From the NCBI GenBank assembly GCA_030614005.1, contig JAUWKS010000002.1, positions 96,101-160,100 of the forward strand: DNA of 64,000 bases, written 5' to 3'. The notes beneath the pieces were generated by a model. The model saw only the letters and a program-made list of their open reading frames with translations. It was not told the DNA's origin and ran no database searches. Below, in pieces: positions 37,339 to 46,644 of the stretch (the stretch's first letter is position 1; the number at the start of each line of letters is the position of its first letter). The position numbers and the translations under genes are program-made. The stretch comes from Candidatus Heimdallarchaeota archaeon (GTDB lineage: Archaea > Asgardarchaeota > Heimdallarchaeia > JABLTI01).

Positions 37339-38096
37339 TGAGAGTTATGGTTGTACTTGACTATGAAATAAATTTGAGTAAAACAGAATACTTGTATTAT
37401 CTTGAGTGCCCACAAAAATTCCGTATACATCGAATACTAAATCCAATTCCATATAAGACAACTTTCATGAATACAAAAAGAAGCACTTCTAGTTATGTTC
37501 TGCGTAATTATGATGAAGAAAATTTGAATGGAATATTCAAACATTCATTCTTTGAAACGTTTCATAAAAAATATTGGAATAGAATCACTGAACCAGAAAC
37601 ACCAAAAGAAATTGCTAGCAATCAAATAAAATTATTCTATTGGTTGTATCAACAAAGAAAATATTTCGAAGATTCTGATTACTGGATACCTGTTCAAACA
37701 GAATTACGATTAATGACAGAAAGACAGAGAGGGATAATCGATTGTGTGGAATTGTGTAAGAATAAAAATGGATTAAGAATAATTGACTATAAATCTGAAC
37801 CACATCAAAGTGATATGCTAGCACTGATATTCTATGCAAACTTGTTTAACACCTTTAGAGCTGAAGACAAGGAATATGATGAATACTTGTATGATGTTGT
37901 AGAGATTGGTTGTTATTATTATATATCAGGAATTGAGAGAATCTTTGAATTAAAAGTAGATAATCTATTATCTTTTCAAGAAATTTTCCAACGGATACTC
38001 ACTGAGATTTCCCAAGAGAAATTTCCATTAATCGAAACTTCTTGTTGGAATTGTAAATTAATAGATGTTTGTAAAATTGAGAAAAGAAGAAGGTAA
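37338..38096 (+). CDS. Cas4-like PD-(D/E)XK nuclease with 4-Cys Fe-S cluster signature
   Basis: 252 aa with an N-terminal Cys (YYLECPQKF). RecB-type motifs GIIDCVEL...RIIDYKSE follow (hhhD..E ... hhDhK). A C-terminal CWNCKLIDVC supplies the remaining three Cys, matching the Cas4/AddB C-x(n)-CxxCx5C arrangement. Confidence 0.5.
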   Translation: MRVMVVLDYEINLSKTEYLYYLECPQKFRIHRILNPIPYKTTFMNTKRSTSSYVLRNYDEENLNGIFKHSFFETFHKKYWNRITEPETPKEIASNQIKLFYWLYQQRKYFEDSDYWIPVQTELRLMTERQRGIIDCVELCKNKNGLRIIDYKSEPHQSDMLALIFYANLFNTFRAEDKEYDEYLYDVVEIGCYYYISGIERIFELKVDNLLSFQEIFQRILTEISQEKFPLIETSCWNCKLIDVCKIEKRRR

Positions 38097-38427
38097 TATA
38101 ATATAGACTCAAAATCTTCAATATAGTAAATATTTATACTAGTTATGTTCTTCGTAAGGAAAAATAATTTATTCAAAAAATTTCAATATTTTTCTTATAA
38201 TAAACCATATAAAAACGAAATTATTGATGACTTGCTTAAATACAATCTCTCATTTGAAAGAACAAGACGGAAAATTAGGTGTAATTGCTATAATTTTAGG
38301 TGAGGATATGCATCTAACGCCAGGCTATTTCTATAGCACAATGTTCTTTGAGTTTCCTTCTAGAATATGGAGAAATGTTGATTTATTAATTCGATTTATT
38401 AAACGAAGAATTGAACGATAGGATTTA

Positions 38428-41400
38428 ATGTTTATCAATTTAAAAAAAATGAAAATTTATATAGACGAAAATTATATCTTATTTAACTTGGAATCATCTA
38501 AACAAGAGAAGGATAATATCAAAATGGGAATTCATTTATTTTGTGGAAATGCTTCTGACAGAGAGCATGAATGGGAACAATTAGTAGAAATCTGTGAAAC
38601 TATTCATCAAGGATATGATGAAGATAAAGAAATTTACCTACTATATAATTTTGAATTACCTAATCAATGTCAAATTGATCTTTTAATAATACAAGAAAAA
38701 GGCATCAGTATTCTGGAATTTAAAAAACACAAGGGAGTGATTATTGGGAAAGATGATGAAGGAACAGAGTGGTTTGTAATAACTGATAATGGAAATACCC
38801 CACTAAGAAGGAATCTCTTTGAGCAAATTAAGAGAGAACGTAGAGAAGTAACAAAGAAATTATTTGAAATCAAAAGAAAATTACACCTCCAAATGAAACC
38901 AAAAAATCTTGGCAAAGTTTATGCATGGGGTTATTTCCCAAAAGAGAGTGAATACGATAAGTCTCAAGTTTCAGATGAAAATAAACTCTGGTTTGATGTT
39001 ATTACTAGTAATTCACTACTAAAAAAATTGCGTTATGTAAACACAGATTATAAATTATCTAGTCAGAACATGAAGGACATTACAGATAGATTTGAATTAG
39101 AACCTTACTCTGGATTTGATACAAGATTGTATTTTATATCATCTGAAGTCGTTGATAAAAAATGGAATACTAATTATCTGAAAATTGCGAATGATTTCCT
39201 TCAAAATGAGCTAGAGAAAAAATCAACTCTAATCTACTCTATTGGTTTAGGAGAACCAGTATCTTATACACCAATTAAAGTAGCATTCCAAGTTGCTATG
39301 AACCAACACGGTGATAAGGCCGTTGACCTTGATATCAATTTTATACTTAGAGAATTAACAAAAAAATTAGATGATGAAGAAAAATTCAAACCAATCCTAA
39401 TAACATCCGAAGGAGGTTCAGGTAAAACTTCACTATCAAGACAATTATTCTTGAAGACATCCAAAAAATTCATGCGAGGAAATCTAGATTATCTCCCCTT
39501 TCTTGTACAGCTATCTAATTATGGTTCATCGAAGTTAAATTTTAAGGAATGGATTCAAAATCTAGTGAGTGAACTGGAATTATTTGGTAAAAATTCTAGT
39601 GCAATTTTTAGGCATATGTATAGAAATGGAATGCTCCTTTTTCTTGTTGATGGATTAGATAATTTACCTCAAGATCAAAGAAATGAACTTAATCATTGGC
39701 TAATTGAAACACGAAAGTTTGGGAATAGATTGTTTATTACTTCTAGACCTTATGTTGAACCCACTTCTGAGCTGAAGGTCGAAAGATTGACTATTTTACC
39801 ATTAACATTAGAAATAATAGAAAATTTTATTGAAAACAGACAAAAGAACAAGAAATTGCTTAAGACGATTCTTCATAAAATAAATTCAAATTATAACCCC
39901 TTACTATTTAATCCATTCTATCTTGATCTTATTGCTTCACTAGATCCAGAGGAATTTCCTGACGATGAAATCTCATTATTTGATAAATGGTTAATTGGAA
40001 TAGAACATAAAGAGAGTTATTTAAAGGAAAATATAAGCGCTGTAGAGAAGCTTGCTTTTGAATATTGTTTTCCAGAGAGTAACGCATTTTCAAGGGATGA
40101 AATAAAAAGTAAAACTGATGATAATGATATTTTTAGACCATTAGAGAGAGCTGGTTGGATAATGCCAACTAATTCTTATTTACATAATAAATTCGTTTTT
40201 ACTCATGATAGGTTGAAAGAATATCTAGCAGGGAGATTTGTATGGAACAATTGGGAGAAATCAAAGAATGAGATATATCTAAAGGAAAATAGTTTACTAC
40301 ATTTCCTCGAATCCAATAAAATTTTTGAATATGCTTTCCTTTTTGGAAAGCATTTACATGAAGAAGAGAAGATTGCAGAAAGAATTACCGATATAATTGG
40401 TGAAGTTGAGTCTCTAAGTGGTGATGTTGGAACTGTTGTTTTACGAGCACCATTTTTAGGTTTCTATCTAGCAGGTTGTATGGGACTAAAAAATAAAACA
40501 TGGTATTTAACTATTGAGAAATTTATCAAAGATAGCTGGTTTGACATAATTGAAGACCTAATTGGTAACAAACCAAGAACCACATATCTTCGCTATATTT
40601 TCAAGAGTGTTTGTTTAGCTATGTTACATATCAAACCTTGGACAACTATTCTACCTAAAGGAATGAAGAAATTATACACTAAGAGTTCATTAAAAAAGAT
40701 GGATAAAGAAATTGAACCAGAAAATAAAATCACTCCTTTCAAACAATGGTTGTTGATAGCAAATTCAGTTAAGGATATTCAATCAGAAGTTTTCCATAAT
40801 TTTGTTAGAACAGGTTATGAACTAGCTTGTACAAAAGAAAATGAAACGGAATTCTTTAGAACATTGAACAAATTACAATTTTCTCCTAACTATAAGACTT
40901 ATGCAAATCATTTTGTTAGCGATTTTGAAACAGAATTAGGTAAGTGGTATGCAGCAGCTAAGATTTACATCAATTACTATCCTGAAGAACTAAAATCATT
41001 TTTTATTAGTTGGACAATTTCAGAAGATACTATTTCTTTAAGAAATTCAATTGATCGTTGTGAATATCTATCAAATTACAAAGATCTATTTAGCGACATA
41101 GTTGCACAAGTAATGTATAGTTGGCTAAATGCACATGATTCTGAAATTCGAATTTTAGCTATTAACATGCTTGTTCGGAATCATTCAAATTTGAGTTTCG
41201 ATCTCGATGAACGCCTTTCTGAATTGCTAGATGAAAAGGATTATGATAAATGGCTAGATGTATCCAAGAAAAGATTCCACACTGAATGGGAAAAGGATTC
41301 CATAAAAAATTTGAGATTGTGGATTTATAGAAAACATGCTTTAGAAGAAGTATACCAAATTTTTAGACATAAATTTCGATTATTATATCTGGAAATTTAC

Positions 41401-43671
41401 GAGTATTACAAGGAATCTTTAGAATTAAATGATGCTATTTTTTTAGCCAATCATGTTCCACATTTTGATGAATGGAAAGGACCTGTTATTGAAACTCTTG
41501 AAGAGATGAACTCCAGATTTAATTCCATAGAGATTTCTCAAATAATAGAAGACACCAAATTTAATTTATTAAGTTTAGATGAAATACATTATTATTTGAA
41601 AGAATTTGATACATTGGATGAGTATAAAAGATCAAATATTGTTGATAAATTAGTATATTTTCAAAAATTGGAAAAAAAAGAGGTTTATCCGTTTCTGGAG
41701 TATATTGTTAGAAATAATTCCTCTGGTGCTCAGCTTGTTTTTACACAGCTTATTAAAGACAAGAACTACCCCATTGAGAAAAAGCATCAGCTATTAGACA
41801 ATGCTATGAAGGATAGTGACTGGGTGTCATTTTATAACTTTATGAATGGCATTTTTCTAAATAACCCCTCTATTCTGAAAGTTGAAAGGTATCTAGAGTT
41901 TTTGCTTAAAAGTGAATATCCGGTTTTCAGATTTCTAGGTGTAAATGCATTATTCTTCTCTGAAAATACTTTACAAGAAAAACGGCTAGATGGAATTTTA
42001 GCCAAAGAGGAGAATCCAAATGTAATTGCTGCAGCTATTAGAATTAAAGCACTAAGTGGAGGATTAAATTTCGATAATGTTATTAATTTCTTTAATTGGA
42101 AATTTCAATTCAAAAGAATGTATATGAAAGAAATTAATATTGGTGCTACAAGAGATATTGAACTTACAGTTATCTCCACACCAATGAATGAAGATCTTAA
42201 ATTTGAAATAAAGAATAGAATGTATTCCTTTGGAATTGCCACTAATCATTTTACTTCTTTTCTGCAGACATTGCATACAAAATACGGATACAAAAAGAGT
42301 AAAATGTATCCCTTTGATATAATTAAAAAACTTAGACAAAAAGAGAATTTGAAAGATATTGAATTTGAAATACCAAATTGGTTAATCATTGGATTAAAAA
42401 ACAAATATGAACCTCTAATTAGAGCATCATTGGTATACTTGATTGCATATTTAATGGAAATAAAATCGATAAATGTAAATACTATTGTTGAGCTCATCAA
42501 ACCATTAGATGAACACGATGATAAAGAAATAAAAGCATATAGTAAATTTCTTCTATCATTGTATCAAGAAGGTTATTTCCTTAATTGTTTAAATGAAATA
42601 TCCGAATTCACAAATATAGAACAATTAGCTCTCATATGGTCAATTTCACTAAATACAGATTTTAGTGTTCATAGAAAAATTTTCAAAATACTACCTTCAC
42701 TATCTGAACGTATAAGAGAGTTATATTTCTCTTTTATACCTCAAACCAATGAGTTATTCTATTTATACTTAGAGGAAATTACAAAAAATCCAACAGTTGC
42801 TTATCCAGAGTATGTCTCACAATTTGAAAAACATAAATGGGGATTCTCACCAAGAAAGGAGTATATTCCTGGGAGAGATGTTCTATTCACTTGGAATTAC
42901 GTTTTTGCAGATTCAATTATTTGGACTCACATAAAGAAATCTCTTAATATAAACCCAAATGATAAACCATATCCTGAAGATATAATTGATAAATCAATGA
43001 ATTGGTTATCAAAATTGAATACTCAACCATTTGATATTTTGGGTACAAAAATATATCAAATTATCGAAGAAATGTTAGATTCAAAAGATTCAATTATTTG
43101 TTCCCTTGGAATATTATTATCATCCATGACTAAAAAATTTCCAAAAAATTTCTCATCAAAGATAAATAATGAAAGCTGGGTTAAAGCTAATATTTATTCT
43201 TTATTGATGTTATTTGATGATTTACCACTCGATAATTCTTTAAAGATTATTCAAATTGGTTTGAAATCAAATCATCCAATAAATGTCTATTTGGCATTAA
43301 AGTGTATAAAATTAGAATTTGGATTCAAAAAAGTAATCGAATTATTGGATAAGAAGCTATTACAATTTGGCTTGCACAATGATCTATATTATCATGATAA
43401 TCGAATCAAAATCATTGAAGCTATTCGTTTATTCTGGAAGGAGAATTGTAATCAATTACTGAAAGAAGATTTTGATTTTGTAATGAAATGGGCTGCTGAG
43501 ACAAATAGAATCATTTGGTTATCATGGGAACAAATTCAACGTAATACTTTGTTTGATATTCTAAATTGGTCTCTTGAAAATGAAGAGAACCAAAACTTGT
43601 ATTGGACTATTACCCATGTTTTATTTAGCAGAATTTGGTTCTCAAAAGGACTGCCTTGGAATAAAAGATGA
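38428..43671 (+). CDS. NERD-domain + STAND (NACHT-like) NTPase with long C-terminal helical-repeat region (Avs-like antiviral ATPase candidate)
   Basis: 1747 aa. The N-terminus matches NERD (CQIDLLIIQEKGISILEFKKHKGVIIGKDDEGTEW). Walker A ILITSEGGSGKTSL and Walker B LLFLVDGLDNL are present. The remaining ~1200 aa are helical-repeat-like. Confidence 0.6.
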   Translation: MFINLKKMKIYIDENYILFNLESSKQEKDNIKMGIHLFCGNASDREHEWEQLVEICETIHQGYDEDKEIYLLYNFELPNQCQIDLLIIQEKGISILEFKKHKGVIIGKDDEGTEWFVITDNGNTPLRRNLFEQIKRERREVTKKLFEIKRKLHLQMKPKNLGKVYAWGYFPKESEYDKSQVSDENKLWFDVITSNSLLKKLRYVNTDYKLSSQNMKDITDRFELEPYSGFDTRLYFISSEVVDKKWNTNYLKIANDFLQNELEKKSTLIYSIGLGEPVSYTPIKVAFQVAMNQHGDKAVDLDINFILRELTKKLDDEEKFKPILITSEGGSGKTSLSRQLFLKTSKKFMRGNLDYLPFLVQLSNYGSSKLNFKEWIQNLVSELELFGKNSSAIFRHMYRNGMLLFLVDGLDNLPQDQRNELNHWLIETRKFGNRLFITSRPYVEPTSELKVERLTILPLTLEIIENFIENRQKNKKLLKTILHKINSNYNPLLFNPFYLDLIASLDPEEFPDDEISLFDKWLIGIEHKESYLKENISAVEKLAFEYCFPESNAFSRDEIKSKTDDNDIFRPLERAGWIMPTNSYLHNKFVFTHDRLKEYLAGRFVWNNWEKSKNEIYLKENSLLHFLESNKIFEYAFLFGKHLHEEEKIAERITDIIGEVESLSGDVGTVVLRAPFLGFYLAGCMGLKNKTWYLTIEKFIKDSWFDIIEDLIGNKPRTTYLRYIFKSVCLAMLHIKPWTTILPKGMKKLYTKSSLKKMDKEIEPENKITPFKQWLLIANSVKDIQSEVFHNFVRTGYELACTKENETEFFRTLNKLQFSPNYKTYANHFVSDFETELGKWYAAAKIYINYYPEELKSFFISWTISEDTISLRNSIDRCEYLSNYKDLFSDIVAQVMYSWLNAHDSEIRILAINMLVRNHSNLSFDLDERLSELLDEKDYDKWLDVSKKRFHTEWEKDSIKNLRLWIYRKHALEEVYQIFRHKFRLLYLEIYEYYKESLELNDAIFLANHVPHFDEWKGPVIETLEEMNSRFNSIEISQIIEDTKFNLLSLDEIHYYLKEFDTLDEYKRSNIVDKLVYFQKLEKKEVYPFLEYIVRNNSSGAQLVFTQLIKDKNYPIEKKHQLLDNAMKDSDWVSFYNFMNGIFLNNPSILKVERYLEFLLKSEYPVFRFLGVNALFFSENTLQEKRLDGILAKEENPNVIAAAIRIKALSGGLNFDNVINFFNWKFQFKRMYMKEINIGATRDIELTVISTPMNEDLKFEIKNRMYSFGIATNHFTSFLQTLHTKYGYKKSKMYPFDIIKKLRQKENLKDIEFEIPNWLIIGLKNKYEPLIRASLVYLIAYLMEIKSINVNTIVELIKPLDEHDDKEIKAYSKFLLSLYQEGYFLNCLNEISEFTNIEQLALIWSISLNTDFSVHRKIFKILPSLSERIRELYFSFIPQTNELFYLYLEEITKNPTVAYPEYVSQFEKHKWGFSPRKEYIPGRDVLFTWNYVFADSIIWTHIKKSLNINPNDKPYPEDIIDKSMNWLSKLNTQPFDILGTKIYQIIEEMLDSKDSIICSLGILLSSMTKKFPKNFSSKINNESWVKANIYSLLMLFDDLPLDNSLKIIQIGLKSNHPINVYLALKCIKLEFGFKKVIELLDKKLLQFGLHNDLYYHDNRIKIIEAIRLFWKENCNQLLKEDFDFVMKWAAETNRIIWLSWEQIQRNTLFDILNWSLENEENQNLYWTITHVLFSRIWFSKGLPWNKR

Positions 43672-43704
43672 TGATATTTACGAACATTCAAATTTACACC
43701 CAAG

Positions 43705-44184
43705 CTACAATTGAAATGGTATTAGATAATAGCTTAGTTCAATGGTTCCACCCAATTTTGGATAGTTTATGCTTTGCAATATAATTTTGTTCGTTTCGAC
43801 AGTGATTGGAGTTATTAACTTCATTGAGTTTTTACCCACCATTTTTGTTATCAAAACTATATAGTAGCTTTCATTTACCAGTTGCTCTCCATAAACTACA
43901 AATGCAGTTAGGTTATCGTAGATGTATGTTCCACGTGGGTTTAAACTGGCAGGGTACTCTTGATAGCCAAATTGTGCATTTGATCGTATTTTGAAATCAT
44001 ACCAAATTGATCCACTAAAACTATCGCTTATATTTAGATCCACTATTATCATTGATAATTTCTGCATCTTATCCTGCTGGTTCTGATAATATGAATTCAC
44101 ACTGACTGGTATGACTATCGAACTAACAACCACTATTCCTACTATTGAAAAAAACAATATCTTTGTTTTCTTTTCTCGATCCAT
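43705..44184 (-). CDS. Small secreted/membrane-anchored hypothetical protein
   Basis: 159 aa with an N-terminal signal/TM (ILFFSIVGIVVVSSIVIPVSVNS). Confidence 0.4.
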   Translation of the reverse strand: MDREKKTKILFFSIVGIVVVSSIVIPVSVNSYYQNQQDKMQKLSMIIVDLNISDSFSGSIWYDFKIRSNAQFGYQEYPASLNPRGTYIYDNLTAFVVYGEQLVNESYYIVLITKMVGKNSMKLITPITVETNKIILQSINYPKLGGTIELSYYLIPFQL

Positions 44185-44832
44185 ATGAAGTTCTCTCCTA
44201 GGCTATACTTTGTTCATCTGTTATATTAATCTTTTTTTTATAAAGTTGAATTTTTTTCTAATTATCTTTTTATCCGGTTATGTTTCTTACTTTATCCATT
44301 TTCGAGCTGAACGAGCTCTACGATATAGCATTGCTCATGCTGAAGAATAGATGCATCTCAGCTTCCCTAGTAGGTTGGAGTTTTCCTCTTTTCCTTACCG
44401 ACGTTGAGAATATTTTCCACCTAAATAAGAATTCAAGCGGATTGCAGAAGGAGGAAATACAGTAAAAGTGGGAAACCAACACCAAAAGCAAGTAGGGATG
44501 CAAATGAAACAAAATATTTCACCCATTTCTTTGTTACTGTTCTTACATATCCGGCCGATCTTCTCGAGATAGAATATTTCCTAAATTGCCAATTTGTTAA
44601 AGGTGTTACCGGTGGATCATATTTCTTTCCTTGTGGTTTTTCTGTAATGCTTAGTAAATGATTCCAAGTTTTCACTTGTAAAATACATCGATACTCTTCA
44701 AATGGGCTATAACCAAGTTCTTGGTCCTTCGTTTTGTTGTAGTATTTTTCCCCTTTCTTTTCTATTTCTGTGAATTCATGTCCGGGAGCTTCTATTGTTG
44801 ACCGTTCCTTTTTTTATGGACAAATAGGACAT

Positions 44833-46473
44833 TTATCCATCACCAGTCACCACAACAAGTCCAGAGGATTTGTTGCAGCTCATCTCTGAGCCCCCACTAG
44901 GAATAGTTGAGTGGAGGGTTCCCGAGTCCATGTAGGGCACGGGGCTAGTGTCTTTAAGACTTTTAATTTTAACATAATCTATGAAGCTTGCACGATAAAT
45001 GTTCACAGAAGCATTATAGTCTCTGTCTGCAGTGAAACCGCATTCGGGGCAGTGGAAGAAGCGACCACATTTGTTCTCTAACAGATTGTTTGGTCCTTTC
45101 ACTTTCAAGCCTTTTGCGCTGCATCTTGAGCAGTGACTGGAAGTATTCCAAGGACAAACTTTCACAAGTGTTAGCCCTTTTTGTCGGCACTTGTAGTCTA
45201 GGAGGAAGACTATTCTTCCTCTTAGCCAGTAGCTTAATTTTCTTGACCAGGATCTCTTTCCACGAGGAGGTTTGTAATCTCGCAGGTCTTCGATAGCGAT
45301 TTTTGTGCACTGCCATTTTTGGGCAATTTCTATGAGCTTGTTTGTTGTATAATGAGCCAATTCTTCTCCTAAGCGATTTCTTTTTTGGTAGAGCTTGCTT
45401 CTCTCTTCTTCTCTTCGAGCGACTTTTATTTGCTTGCTTGGTCTTTTCTTTTTCTGCTTGGATAGTTGTCGTTGTATGCCGGCAATATGCCCATATAGTC
45501 TTTCTATGTGCCTGTATTGTCCACCGATCATATTGATGAAAATTGGCTTGGAAATTTGTTTTCCATCCTCACAAACCACACATGTAGCCACTTTTTTCAA
45601 ACCAGGATCTACTGCAAGCACTCGCTCTTTTCCTTCTTTTGGTATCGTTTCTCCTGGGTATTCCCATGGAAACTGTAAGAAGAAGTATTCGAGCCCTGCT
45701 TTCAAGTTCTTGGTTCGCAAAGTAGGTTTTAATGGTTGAGGATATATTGCTTGTGCGATTTTTTCTTCTATTTTTTCGGGCACGAACAGTGTTTGTTCTA
45801 TCCAAACCCAATCGCTTCTCTTTTTTGGTTCCAAACTTGTTGGTAGCTTTATCTCTAGATTGATGGTTTGTTTTTCTACAGTATATTTTATTGCTTGGTC
45901 ATCATCTGGTGCGTAAGGGAAAGTGTATCGTTTTATTTTTGGTTTCACAAAGTCTGTGTAAATGAAATTAGAAAATGCCTCTCCGAGTCTTTGGTGCAAA
46001 TTCTTTATCATTTCTATTGTTTGCTCGATCATGACTTTCTTGTATCGGTAGTAAGTTTTTTCACCATTCTTTGCGGTATTTCTGCAGTGCTGTCTTACCA
46101 CTGAAACCAATTTTTGTTCTGTTGTTTGTATCCCTAACCACTCGACTATTTGGATGCAATCATAGTAACAGCTCATGCGCTTATGTTGTCCTCTAATTAT
46201 TCGTCCTACCCATTCTGTTACTCCTCTTAGTACCCTGGAGGGAAGATATACTCCTTCTGTTTTCGCTTGTGCTTCGTTGATTGCTTTGTATGCATTGAGT
46301 TTGCTTTCACCTATCCTTGTTATCCATTCTTCTGACCATATTTTATCGAGGAGGTCTTGAGCAGTTTTTGTCGTTAACTCTTTGAACCAGTTTAATCTTT
46401 CATCTTGTGTCATTTTGAATTGGTAGCTATTGATTGGATTATTTTTGTTTCTCTTTTTCTTGTTGGAGGACAT
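44833..46473 (-). CDS. tnpB: TnpB-like RuvC/Zn-finger nuclease (IS200/IS605 family OrfB, IS1341-type; OMEGA effector)
   Basis: 546 aa with RuvC-I (LAVDPGLKKVAT), RuvC-II (IAIEDL) and the C-terminal Zn finger plus RuvC-III (CSRCSAKG...FHCPECGFTADRDYNASVNIYRA). No tnpA is adjacent, and no CRISPR array was seen. Confidence 0.75.
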   Translation of the reverse strand: MSSNKKKRNKNNPINSYQFKMTQDERLNWFKELTTKTAQDLLDKIWSEEWITRIGESKLNAYKAINEAQAKTEGVYLPSRVLRGVTEWVGRIIRGQHKRMSCYYDCIQIVEWLGIQTTEQKLVSVVRQHCRNTAKNGEKTYYRYKKVMIEQTIEMIKNLHQRLGEAFSNFIYTDFVKPKIKRYTFPYAPDDDQAIKYTVEKQTINLEIKLPTSLEPKKRSDWVWIEQTLFVPEKIEEKIAQAIYPQPLKPTLRTKNLKAGLEYFFLQFPWEYPGETIPKEGKERVLAVDPGLKKVATCVVCEDGKQISKPIFINMIGGQYRHIERLYGHIAGIQRQLSKQKKKRPSKQIKVARREEERSKLYQKRNRLGEELAHYTTNKLIEIAQKWQCTKIAIEDLRDYKPPRGKRSWSRKLSYWLRGRIVFLLDYKCRQKGLTLVKVCPWNTSSHCSRCSAKGLKVKGPNNLLENKCGRFFHCPECGFTADRDYNASVNIYRASFIDYVKIKSLKDTSPVPYMDSGTLHSTIPSGGSEMSCNKSSGLVVVTGDG

Positions 46474-46644
46474 TTTTTCTTCGCGTTTACTGTTGTTTAG
46501 CTAGATATAATTAAATTCTCTAAGGAGATTACCGAAAGTATTAGAGATTTGTTTAAAAGAATAGTTGAACGAATAGCTAAACGTACAGCTTTTCTAAGAG
46601 GTATTTAATAAAGGAAGTGGGAATAACCTTCTAGGAGAACAGCT

